Shown here: positions 9,974 to 18,999 of the stretch, piece by piece
Layout: each line of letters starts with the position of its first letter
How positions within the stretch are numbered: the stretch's first letter is position 1
Source of the DNA: Candidatus Poribacteria bacterium
GTDB lineage: Bacteria; Poribacteria; WGA-4E; PCPOR2b
Reading direction: 5' to 3'
Length of the DNA stretch: 64,000 nucleotides
Assembly: GCA_965208675.1 (NCBI GenBank)
Contig: OZ242351.1
Coordinates: 1,856,001 to 1,920,000, forward strand
The notes under the pieces: generated by a model
Database searches by the model: none
What the model saw: the letters and a program-made list of their open reading frames with translations, nothing else
Told to the model about the DNA's origin: nothing
Position numbers and translations under genes: made by a program

Positions 9974-10780
9974 CTACCGCGCGGTATCCCATGCCTCATA
10001 CCATTCCGTAACGGCATCAAGATTGGCGGCATCGCGATACAATAGTCGCGACCGTACAGAGATTTGTTCCCCGGAACTCACATTTTCGCCAATTAGCGAG
10101 AATGCTTGCCCGTTCGGGAATATGTCGACCGAAATTGCGGGGCATCTCATCAGCTCGATCATTTGAATCAGAGCGAATTTGGTTCTTTCACTCCTATTAA
10201 CTATCACCGGCAGCGTATACTTCCGTCCGTCATCGTTGGCACAGCGGCCGTAATCTTGAAGCCAATCCCACCGCCCATCCTGCATAAGCACGGATGCCTC
10301 ATCATCGCGCGTAAAAAAGAGTTGTTCATTCGGTTGAAAATGTGGTCGAATCCACTCCTGGCCGACATTAAGCAAGGAAGCGTACTGCTCATCGAAGTAG
10401 GAAGAGACGACTGCTTCAAAACCCCCGCAGCCGCGAGAAAACTTAAAATCGAAAGTCACATCAATACAGTCATCGGCTTGGAAATCGTAGGTCAACACCG
10501 TACGGATGTTCCACGCGTCCATCTCGTCGAAGTCTACAGACAGCGCACCTTCATCAACTTCATAGTACGATTCAACGCTGGGGATAAAATGTCTCAACCT
10601 CCCGCTACTTGAAAGGTAGAGTTCAAGGTTGATAGCGCACATTCCGGGGCGAGTGATTGGCGTGCCGTTTTCCTCAAGGATAAGTCCATTACAGCCGCCG
10701 TGCGGATGTATGATTCCGTTCAGCGTCCTCAATTGAAATCCGTAGCCGCCATTTTCGTTTAATTTCAAAACCGGCATCAA
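9974..10780 (-). CDS. Hypothetical protein (predicted beta-rich, no family recognised)
   Basis: 268-codon ORF with GGGAG RBS, co-oriented with its neighbours. Confidence 0.65.
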   Translation of the reverse strand: MMPVLKLNENGGYGFQLRTLNGIIHPHGGCNGLILEENGTPITRPGMCAINLELYLSSSGRLRHFIPSVESYYEVDEGALSVDFDEMDAWNIRTVLTYDFQADDCIDVTFDFKFSRGCGGFEAVVSSYFDEQYASLLNVGQEWIRPHFQPNEQLFFTRDDEASVLMQDGRWDWLQDYGRCANDDGRKYTLPVIVNRSERTKFALIQMIELMRCPAISVDIFPNGQAFSLIGENVSSGEQISVRSRLLYRDAANLDAVTEWYEAWDTAR

Positions 10781-10852
10781 TCAACTCCCTGATATTTAGA
10801 AACACAAATGCGTTACAAGCATTGAATCATCGATGGCTTTTCATTTCAGATT

Positions 10853-11341
10853 TCACAACTCACGAATTTCTGCTTCCAGTGTATCAAGTTCCACAATTGC
10901 TGCGGTACACCTGCCGGTTGTCCAACCGCCGGTCTCACCGGGGTTGAGAAGGAGTGAACTTTCTCTCCGAACATCAATCTCATGGGTGTGTCCATAGATG
11001 ACGATGTCGTAACTACCGCATTGCGCGATGGGTTCGGCAAGTTCGGGGTAGTGGGTCGCTGCTATCGTGCGCCCGCCGATTTCAACGATGGCGAGATTAG
11101 GATGAACCTCCCCGATAGCTTTAAATTGCTTGGCAATGCCAATACGCTCCCCGTCGTTATTGCCGAAGACGCCGACGACACGGCATTTCAGATTATGCAT
11201 CGCTGCTACGGCAAAAGGGGCAACAGAATCTCCGGCGTGAATTACTAACGAAACCCCTTCATCGTTGAATAACTCCACAGCCTTATCAATCATGGGTATA
11301 TTGTCGTGGCTATCGGAAAGTACGCCGATTTTCATCGTCAT
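10853..11341 (-). CDS. Metallophosphoesterase (YfcE/MJ0936 family)
   Basis: SDSHDN, HAGD, GNND, GHTH, NPG motifs. Confidence 0.92.
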   Translation of the reverse strand: MTMKIGVLSDSHDNIPMIDKAVELFNDEGVSLVIHAGDSVAPFAVAAMHNLKCRVVGVFGNNDGERIGIAKQFKAIGEVHPNLAIVEIGGRTIAATHYPELAEPIAQCGSYDIVIYGHTHEIDVRRESSLLLNPGETGGWTTGRCTAAIVELDTLEAEIREL

Positions 11342-11428
11342 CTCCAGAATTTCGCGCGGATTATGGCTCAGACATCAATTAATCGGGTTTCCGCGTTTTA
11401 TTGCAAATCGGTTGTGCGGTCATTGCCG

Positions 11429-12217
11429 TTATGTCCAAGCCCCTTTCGCCATCAGACCGCCGTCCACACATACGTACTCCCCCGTCATGAAAGAAGCCTT
11501 GCCGCTGGCGAGGAACAGCACAGCATGGGCGATATCCTCGGGTTGTCCAATGCGCCCTATAGGGTGCGCCGTTGCAATCTCCTCTCTCAATACCTCCTCG
11601 TCGCCCTCAATGATTTCCAGCGATTCCGCAACCAACGGCGTGTCAATTGTACCGGGGTTAACTGCTAGTACCCGAATGTTGTCTTCGGCATACTCCAGGG
11701 CTAACTGGCGGGTCAGAGACAGGATACCGCCCTTGCTAGCTGCGTAAGCCGGCACTCCCTTCATGGATTGTAGCCCCTGGACGCTGGCGGTGTTGACGAT
11801 TACTCCGCCGCAGCGTTTTTTCATTTCCGGCACACATGCCTTCGTCATCAAGAAAAAACTTTTGAGGTTCACATTGATGATACGGTCCCACAACGCCTCG
11901 GGTAGTTCATGGGCTGGTAAATAGCTGCTTGCCGGCTGGATACCAACGTTGTTGCAAAGAATGTCTACGCCGCCCCATGCCGACACCGTTGCTTCGACCA
12001 GCGCCTCACATTCGCAGCTTTGCGATACGTCAGTTTGCCGGAAGCGGATGGTGCCTGCAAGCGCCTGGCATGCGGCGGAGAGTTCGGCACCCGCACTTTC
12101 GTCGACGTCAGCACACATCACTTGGGCGCCTTCCTCGGCAAAAGCCAGGCAAATACCTCGTCCGATGCCCTTGGCGCCGCCTGTGACAATTACCGCCTTA
12201 TCCTTAAAATCTGACAT
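11429..12217 (-). CDS. Short-chain dehydrogenase/reductase
   Basis: TGGAKGIG, NNVG, YAASK, PG-IDT. Confidence 0.93.
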   Translation of the reverse strand: MSDFKDKAVIVTGGAKGIGRGICLAFAEEGAQVMCADVDESAGAELSAACQALAGTIRFRQTDVSQSCECEALVEATVSAWGGVDILCNNVGIQPASSYLPAHELPEALWDRIINVNLKSFFLMTKACVPEMKKRCGGVIVNTASVQGLQSMKGVPAYAASKGGILSLTRQLALEYAEDNIRVLAVNPGTIDTPLVAESLEIIEGDEEVLREEIATAHPIGRIGQPEDIAHAVLFLASGKASFMTGEYVCVDGGLMAKGAWT

Positions 12218-12299
12218 TATCTAAATTCCATCTGCAGGTAAAAAGGCAATGCTCATGCAAATTTTTGGAATCAGCCCGTAGCCACCACCCAAAAGAGAA

Positions 12300-13472
12300 T
12301 TATGGTGAAAACTCAGCAACGACAACTGTAACATCATCGTCAAACGCTTGTTCCCCGCGATAGTCCTTAAGCTCTTCATATACGCGGGTAATCATTTCGC
12401 TAGGCGCCAGGGCGGCGTATTTGTATAGAAAACACTCCAATGCATCGCCGCCAAATATCTGTTCGTGCTGGTTTTGGGTTTCGATGACGCCATCAGAATA
12501 CAGAAACAGACGGTCACCGTGCTCCCATTTCACCGTCATCTCCTCTGGGCGTTGATGGAGAAGGGTTCCCAAGGGAAGCGAGTCAATTTCCAGTGTTGTC
12601 CACCTGCGCTCGCCGCACCGGTACAAATAAGGGTACGGGTGACCGGCGTTGGTCAAAGTAAATGTACCGTCCGCGGGGTTAAGTATCATGTAGGAAAACG
12701 TCATCAGTAGACGGGTGTGGCGGTAGTTTCGAACAACTTTGTTTAAAGCAACGTGAACCGAATCAGGCGACGCGTCCCGCTCCGCCTGAAAGTGCAAGGC
12801 GCTGCTGACGATTGCAACTAACAGGCTGGAATGAAACCCGTGCCCGGCAACATCACCAATTGCGACGCTGACGCGTCCATCGGGCAATGGGAAATAGTCA
12901 TAATAATCGCCGCCAACAATCGCAGCCGGTTGGCTTCTTCCGGTGAGGTGAACCCAATCCAGCGTCAGGTTGCCGCTGGGCAGCATCGCAGCCTGAATTT
13001 CATGTGCACGTTGGAGGTTATATTGGAGTTGTTCTTGTGCGTGGAGGATGGCGGCGCGCTGTTGCGTATCGTTCCGAATCTTCTGAACTAGCAGCCGGAG
13101 TAACGCACTCACAATCTGCGGTGAGGTCGTCAAGGCACGATGGAAATCCTCTCGGTAGAGCTTTAGAAGTACGGCATCGGTTATCGCCTCAACCGTGGCG
13201 CTGCGTGGAGAATCGTCTAACAACGCTAATTCGCCCACATAATCGCCTGGATCTCTCGTCCCGATTAGTACGCTGCCCGAATGAATCTCAAGCTTACCTT
13301 CTAAAATTAAGTAAAGGCCGTCTCCAGGGTCTCCCGCGTTAAAAAGAGCCGTTCCCGCGGACAACCGAACCTCCTCCATCTTGTCCCAGATGGAGGAGAG
13401 TATTTCGCTCGGCGCATGGGCGAACAACTCCATCGCCTTTAAGGTGTCCAGAGATTCCTTCGATTGCAACAC
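12300..13472 (-). CDS. cNMP-binding domain fused to a SpoIIE/PP2C-type Ser/Thr phosphatase
   Basis: N-terminal GE-ALL---PRSATV-A; C-terminal VGGDYYD, IGDVAGHG, NAGHP, YSDG, DDVT. Confidence 0.92.
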   Translation of the reverse strand: MLQSKESLDTLKAMELFAHAPSEILSSIWDKMEEVRLSAGTALFNAGDPGDGLYLILEGKLEIHSGSVLIGTRDPGDYVGELALLDDSPRSATVEAITDAVLLKLYREDFHRALTTSPQIVSALLRLLVQKIRNDTQQRAAILHAQEQLQYNLQRAHEIQAAMLPSGNLTLDWVHLTGRSQPAAIVGGDYYDYFPLPDGRVSVAIGDVAGHGFHSSLLVAIVSSALHFQAERDASPDSVHVALNKVVRNYRHTRLLMTFSYMILNPADGTFTLTNAGHPYPYLYRCGERRWTTLEIDSLPLGTLLHQRPEEMTVKWEHGDRLFLYSDGVIETQNQHEQIFGGDALECFLYKYAALAPSEMITRVYEELKDYRGEQAFDDDVTVVVAEFSP

Positions 13473-13727
13473 GGTGTTCCCCCCGCTGTCCTTGTGAATA
13501 AAATTTTATCAACTAGCCGAACACGTGTCAATAAGAAACACCCCGATTGCCAGCACGCAAACTTTCGCGATTCATATTGGAAGTAGAGATTTTTTCATAG
13601 TGAGTTGTATGCGGGATAACACCGAAAATGATGGGAAATCGAGCCTTGGAGAGAACCTCAAATTTGCGGGTGGCGGGCAAACGTTGTTGACAAGCGAACT
13701 CTATGCGTATTGTCCGATAAGGGCAAC

Positions 13728-14099
13728 TCAACGTCCGTGAATCCGCTGGCGGTAGAGCAAATCCATCAACTTCTTGACATCGTCGTTATCTGGCTCTAAA
13801 CGCATCACCTCTTCGCCTTCAGCGATTGCTGCATCAAGGTTGCCTACATTGTAATATGCCCATCCGAGGGCGGCGTGGATAACGGCAGAATACGGATTTA
13901 AGCGGAGCGCATGTCTGTACTGTTCGATTGCCTTGTGAAATTGTTTCTCCTTAAGATGAATGTTGCCCTGTTCAAAGAATCGGTTGCCGTATCCCGTTGT
14001 CATCGGTTCGTTCGCTTGTTGTGATTGGTATGCATTACTGCATCCAGCCAGCATAAAAGCGCAAACCAAAACCGCAGTAGTATACCGCATTTCTTTCAT
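13728..14099 (-). CDS. TPR-containing lipoprotein
   Basis: ATG 14099 follows a GGGAG RBS; lipobox LAGC; two TPR motifs (QG--H...A---Y--AL-LNP, LG-AYY--G--D-A). Confidence 0.8.
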   Translation of the reverse strand: MKEMRYTTAVLVCAFMLAGCSNAYQSQQANEPMTTGYGNRFFEQGNIHLKEKQFHKAIEQYRHALRLNPYSAVIHAALGWAYYNVGNLDAAIAEGEEVMRLEPDNDDVKKLMDLLYRQRIHGR

Positions 14100-14368
14100 A
14101 TGGCTCCCCGCGCCAATACACAGAATTTTCACAAACCTTACCGCAGAGAACCTAGCAATCACAAGGAATTTACGTTCGCTCGTTTAATGCTGACTGGAAG
14201 TCTACAGTAGTCCCAAACCTACCACACCCGGTGTAATGCGTCCCTACAGCTGTCAATGCTAGCACCCGTGCGTCAACATGACTAGGCGCGTGAAACACCC
14301 AAGCAAAAGTATACACTAGGAACTCAGCGTTTAATGGACGCACTAACAGTAAAGCGTTGAAAGAGAAA

Positions 14369-14382
14369 TGAAAGCGCTTTCA
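14369..14382. promoter_or_regulatory. Perfect palindrome TGAAAGCGCTTTCA, LacI/CcpA(cre)-type operator candidate
   Basis: 14-bp palindrome with central CG, flanked by related sites GTAAAGCGTTGAAA (14349) and TGTAGGGAGCGCTTTACA (about 14396). Confidence 0.45.
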
Positions 14383-14520
14383 AGCTAATCTCAGTGTAGG
14401 GAGCGCTTTACACGTAACGATTGCGATCTAAAACGAAACATTGCGAAAAGATTAGGTTCTGTTGACATTTTGAGGCTACTGATTCGGCAAACGTTGTCAC
14501 CATTGGATAATCTGATATAA

Positions 14521-14575
14521 GTAGCGCAAACTGTTAGTTTGCGGGCTCAAATCACAATCTAACAGATTGTGTTAC
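14521..14575. repeat. Short REPIN-like element (two inverted GTAG-type REPs)
   Basis: GTAGCGCAAACTGTTAGTTTGCG ... CACAATCTAACAGATTGTGTTAC; each half is a hairpin and the halves are inverted relatives. Confidence 0.65.
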
Positions 14576-14654
14576 AAAAGATTCCTTTGTACTTGATAGG
14601 GACTGCCGTTTAACCGTTCAATTCAACCTACGGGATGCCAAATGTCAACACGCC

Positions 14655-15272
14655 CTAGTATACGTCCGACCCCTGAAGCGGGAGCGGTACGGCCCAAACA
14701 TCACGATATCGCACCTCATCACCGTGGTACTGCAGCAATAGCGGGCCGGGTTCTAAAATATCTTCGTCGACTGCCCCTGCCGAGGTGCTCGGGATATGGA
14801 CGTTGTTCTGAATTACCAAACCGTTTTGCAACACAGTTACTCGGGCAGCCTCTATCTGATTGCTCGAGCCATCGACGCGCGGCGCTCGGAAGAATACATC
14901 GTACGTTTGCCACTGAAGCGGCGGTTTGCATGCATTCACTAATGAAGCGTGTTCGTTATAAACTGCACCGCAGTCGCCCATGCCGGGTACTTCAATGCCG
15001 TAAGAATCCAACACCTGAATTTCGTATCGGCCTTGCAGGAATACCCCGCTGTTTCCCTTCGCTTGGCCAGTCGCGTCCGGCATATCGGGAGTCATAAACT
15101 GCAGGTGCAGCATGAAGTCCGTAAACTTTTCCTCGGTTAGAATATCGGCGTCACAGGTGGTCATCGCACCGTCTGCGATCGCCCAGGTCGCTGGCGAACC
15201 ATCGCGTTGCGTCCAATTGTCAACGTCTTGGCCGTTAAAAAGAACAACTGCTGAATCTGGCGCTTGTAGCAT
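14655..15272 (-). CDS. DUF1080 family protein (3-keto-disaccharide hydrolase-like)
   Basis: LFNG---W, F-DF-LH, GNSGVFLQGRYEIQVLDS, LQ-HG--V-YR--W. Confidence 0.9.
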   Translation of the reverse strand: MLQAPDSAVVLFNGQDVDNWTQRDGSPATWAIADGAMTTCDADILTEEKFTDFMLHLQFMTPDMPDATGQAKGNSGVFLQGRYEIQVLDSYGIEVPGMGDCGAVYNEHASLVNACKPPLQWQTYDVFFRAPRVDGSSNQIEAARVTVLQNGLVIQNNVHIPSTSAGAVDEDILEPGPLLLQYHGDEVRYRDVWAVPLPLQGSDVY

Positions 15273-15414
15273 TGTCGCGTTCCTTTCTTGATTAGAGGTT
15301 TATCAGTTTTGAACCATGTATTCCCAACGCTGACCCGCAAATGAGGTGGGCTTCAAGAATGTCTCCTGAATAATCGACGCCCCAATCCAATACTCATTTA
15401 TCGCTGCATTGAAA

Positions 15415-16128
15415 TCATGGGGTATCCACGGATTTCGTTTGTTGCAACACTTGGTGATTAAGAATCCGCTGCCGGTCTACAGATCGCAGGAAGGGTTCTG
15501 CTTTGTGCACGAAATCCTCCAGGGTTTGTTCTATTGTTAAGTTCGTTGTATCTATCGTTATTTTCGCATCAAATAGCGAATTCTTGTAATGTTCTTCAAA
15601 TCGATCCAGCACAATCTCTACATCACTCTCTTTTATCGGGCAATTCGGCTGTGGATTCTGGCGCATACGCTCACGGACGACTTCCGGAGACGCCTTCACG
15701 AGCGTCAAGAGCATTTCCGGTACCAGCGCTTTTACCTCATGTTCAACAAACTGCGCAAGCCACTGGTGACCCGGTTCCCACGATGATTTAAAGTCGCCGT
15801 AATATAGCGGGCCATACACAGCATCGGCGTAATACCAGTTAACCAGAAAGAAATCGTCGCCTCGAAGAAGGTGCGGCTGTAGATGGTAAAGGATTTGGAA
15901 ACGCTGAAATTTCTCAACCAGCGAGGGAACCGTTTTGAGTAGTTCGATGATAGCCTCATTCTCCGCTTGGCTATCGGGTCCTTGGCCGACGTTTGGCAAC
16001 ACGAAGTGGTCGTGCCAATACGGATATGCGATAGGTCCCATCATTTCCTCGTGCCATCTTGTGATGCCCTGGGCAAGCGTCGTCTTGCCTGTATATTCAC
16101 ACCCGATGATGAGAATTTGCATTTGCAA
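15415..16128 (-). CDS. P-loop nucleoside-monophosphate-kinase-fold protein, substrate unknown
   Basis: Walker A GCEYTGKTT, lid-like ASPEVVRERM, C-terminal IDTT----EQ. Confidence 0.7.
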   Translation of the reverse strand: MQMQILIIGCEYTGKTTLAQGITRWHEEMMGPIAYPYWHDHFVLPNVGQGPDSQAENEAIIELLKTVPSLVEKFQRFQILYHLQPHLLRGDDFFLVNWYYADAVYGPLYYGDFKSSWEPGHQWLAQFVEHEVKALVPEMLLTLVKASPEVVRERMRQNPQPNCPIKESDVEIVLDRFEEHYKNSLFDAKITIDTTNLTIEQTLEDFVHKAEPFLRSVDRQRILNHQVLQQTKSVDTP

Positions 16129-16314
16129 TCTCCTTATCCTGATTTAGGGTTACTATACCTCGCCACAAGATTATTTGTCTCTTCAGGGTTTAGTGAGAAA
16201 ATGGAATTAAATTAGAACTTGACACGGTTGGAGCGTTCTCCGTTTCGCGGCATTTTCGATCAAAACCCTCTCCAATTCAAGACCTAAACTCAATTCTGAC
16301 TTCGTCAAATCATA

Positions 16315-18771
16315 TCAGACGTTCTCAACGTCGTTTTGACGCTTTCCGGCGGCTTGGATAATACGGTCAACCAACCCGTTCGACGCGCAGAATGCAGAAA
16401 TGTCCTTGCCCTCCATAGCCGCCGGCAACGCCCAAAGCATCAAGTTCTGAACATAGTGCGCGCCAAACAACCGGTCGCCGTTATCGCCGCGTACGAGATT
16501 CGGCAGGTTCCAGGTAGACAGCGTGTTGATGGTAAGATTATGAATACACCGGCGCGCCAGTTCCAGGCCAAAATCCTTATCCCCCTCGTACATGTAAGTC
16601 ATCGCAAGCATGAACAGCTCGGGCGTGAAATAGGCAGTTGGACCATATCCCAAACCCTGGGAAAGACTTCCGTCTGGACGAGAGAAATTCAATGCGCCAT
16701 AGGGGGTCAACGCCGCGCAAGTGTTTTTGATTGTCTCCAGAGTTTCCTTGACTCGGTCGGATCGAAAAACGCCCGGCAACCCGTGGAATCTTGCCATCCA
16801 CTGCCCGTCAAGTTGATACCCAAATACATCATCTGATTTTCGGCCGGTTTTGGGCTCATTGTAGCTCAAGTAATATGTCCCTGCCCACATCTTGTCTTCC
16901 ATCGATTGACTCCCCTGCTCCAGCCAATCCTTACATTGCCGGGCAAACTCCTCATCGCCCACCTGCTCTGCCAGCCGTTGCGACATTCTCAAATTCGCGA
17001 GGTGGATGCCTCCCACGTGCGATGTCATCCCAAACCATAATACCGCTTCAAACCATTCGAGGTGGTGTCCCGGCGGCTGATTAGGTCCGTACGGATCCAA
17101 ATTTCCACTCGGTACACTGATGATACCGTCGGCGCCGTCCTCTGGCCTGAGGTTCATCGTGTAGATTGTATTTTTCTTAATGGATGGGTAGAACTCTGCA
17201 AGGATTTCCCGGTCGCCCGTGCGAAGCAGGTATCGGTCAACTAAATCAACGTAGCAAGGGCCATTGGTGGTCGTCTGATAGCCCGGTGTTGGCATCGCAA
17301 ACTCGGCGCCCATCGTCGGCTCGTAGCCGCCAATAGCAGCGCCCACAACGCCGCCAAATATCCACGGCGCTGCGCCATTCGCAAACTGGTAGGCTTTGTA
17401 GCCGCGCAGCGTTGAAAGGGCGAGATCGGGGAAAAAGAAAACGAGAGGCGCATTGGCGTAAAAGGTGTCCGGGATGGGCTCAACGGCTGGATTCTCGGTG
17501 ATTCCATCAATCAGCCCAAACAGCCCTTCCTCCGGGTGACACCACGGTCCAATCGGTGGGCGCGCCGCTGCCCACAGGCCGTTGATAGCAAATAAGTGAA
17601 GTATGTTTACCAGCGAATCTTGGAGCCAAATCGGGAGGTTCGCCTCCGTATAGATAACCTCCTGCCACGCTAGGACGCGCCGCAAAAGAGAGTCGTGTTC
17701 GCGGCTTAGAAACTGTGCCGCATCAAGGGCACTCTTGTATCGGGTAGTGTACATGTGGGTGAATGTGTGCGGGCCTTCTCCTATCCACATGGGCGCATAC
17801 CATGCAAGCACAAACCGTACGACTTTTCCCTCTCCCGGCGACAGTTGGTAGCCGACGGAAATCGACCCGCTAAAGTCCGTTTCACCGGGTTCGGGAAGTT
17901 CAGAGCCAATTTTCGCCCAAGCTTTACCGCTGCTCATAGACGGGCTCCGAATCGCCAGTCCACCGCCGGTTTCGATTTCCGCCTCTCCAACTACACCGAG
18001 TGCGTAGCCGATTTCTGGAACCTTTTCCGATGTAACAACCAACCCGGTAAATTCTCCGTGTACGGTTTGCCGCTCCGCCTTCACCGGTTCCGGCGCAAGT
18101 GAAATCCACGTATGGCCGTACGGCATCGGCGCTTTTTCACGCGGGCTGTGCGCTTCAATCTGGGCTTCAGCCTGGGTCGGTCCGGGAAAACTGAAAGCCA
18201 ATCGCCCTTCCTGCGCCGTGTCCGTCACATTGCGGAGATGTACTTCAAACACGATTCCGGGAGTGTTGGTGGTGCCAGAGTCTCCGGGGAGAAACGGCGC
18301 CCAGGCGCGCAGTCCAACATTGACAGGCGATCCCGGCATCTCGTATTCCAGGTCCGCTACCGGATAATGGCCCCAATAATGAATTTCGCGCGGCGTCTGG
18401 ATGCCAAACCACATGTAACCGCCGTACGCTTCCCGCGGATCGCTGAGCAACCAAACCTGTTCGCCTACCGTCATACCAAGAAACGGCAGCGCCAGCGGAC
18501 CGCCTTCAGGACAGATGGAGTTGAAAATCGTGCAGTATCCGAAGGTTGCATCAGTGTTCAAATCGAGTCGCCCTGTGTCAATCCCGCCTAAAGGCATTCC
18601 GTTCTCGATTCGCTGTTTGCGTCTGTATATCACACCGCATGCAGGTTCGCTAAATCCGTCCGCCGGGAATTGCGACCATTCAAGCACCGGTGCATCTGTA
18701 GAAAAAAGCCTCCGGTTATTCAAATGTCCGGAATCTCCTTCGTGCAAACCTGTTATTGCAGTCGTGCTCAC
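16315..18771 (-). CDS. Glycoside hydrolase family 116 (GBA2/glucosylceramidase-like)
   Basis: GMPLGGI-TG, YWGHYPVA, FVLAWYAP, HMY---, W-G-YY, QLDGQW, Y---L-LW. Confidence 0.85.
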   Translation of the reverse strand: MSTTAITGLHEGDSGHLNNRRLFSTDAPVLEWSQFPADGFSEPACGVIYRRKQRIENGMPLGGIDTGRLDLNTDATFGYCTIFNSICPEGGPLALPFLGMTVGEQVWLLSDPREAYGGYMWFGIQTPREIHYWGHYPVADLEYEMPGSPVNVGLRAWAPFLPGDSGTTNTPGIVFEVHLRNVTDTAQEGRLAFSFPGPTQAEAQIEAHSPREKAPMPYGHTWISLAPEPVKAERQTVHGEFTGLVVTSEKVPEIGYALGVVGEAEIETGGGLAIRSPSMSSGKAWAKIGSELPEPGETDFSGSISVGYQLSPGEGKVVRFVLAWYAPMWIGEGPHTFTHMYTTRYKSALDAAQFLSREHDSLLRRVLAWQEVIYTEANLPIWLQDSLVNILHLFAINGLWAAARPPIGPWCHPEEGLFGLIDGITENPAVEPIPDTFYANAPLVFFFPDLALSTLRGYKAYQFANGAAPWIFGGVVGAAIGGYEPTMGAEFAMPTPGYQTTTNGPCYVDLVDRYLLRTGDREILAEFYPSIKKNTIYTMNLRPEDGADGIISVPSGNLDPYGPNQPPGHHLEWFEAVLWFGMTSHVGGIHLANLRMSQRLAEQVGDEEFARQCKDWLEQGSQSMEDKMWAGTYYLSYNEPKTGRKSDDVFGYQLDGQWMARFHGLPGVFRSDRVKETLETIKNTCAALTPYGALNFSRPDGSLSQGLGYGPTAYFTPELFMLAMTYMYEGDKDFGLELARRCIHNLTINTLSTWNLPNLVRGDNGDRLFGAHYVQNLMLWALPAAMEGKDISAFCASNGLVDRIIQAAGKRQNDVENV

Positions 18772-18894
18772 TTAATGCTCTCCTTTTGTTGCATGGAATT
18801 TTCACGAGGATCGAGAAGAATCCAAATGCTTTATTCCGATTTCACTCGGTTTCAAGGATATATTCAGTTCCACTCACATTTACACATGTTTCGG

Positions 18895-18992
18895 TAGGTA
18901 GGGATTCAAATCGCATCGACCCACAGGATAAATACAGGTTCGGTTAAGAAACCGAATCCGCCGCAGTGTACAAATAAACATTTGTTTTACTA
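18895..18992. repeat. Composite of REP-like hairpin remnants
   Basis: Begins GTAG, contains TTCGGTT-aaga-AACCGAA and ACAAAT-aaac-ATTTGT, ends CTAC. Confidence 0.4.
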
Positions 18993-18999
18993 CAGCCGC

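Noticed and set aside
14190-14420. tmRNA, RNase P RNA, SRP RNA or tRNA
   Set aside because: None of their hallmark sequences were found; kept only as an unassigned structured-RNA candidate.
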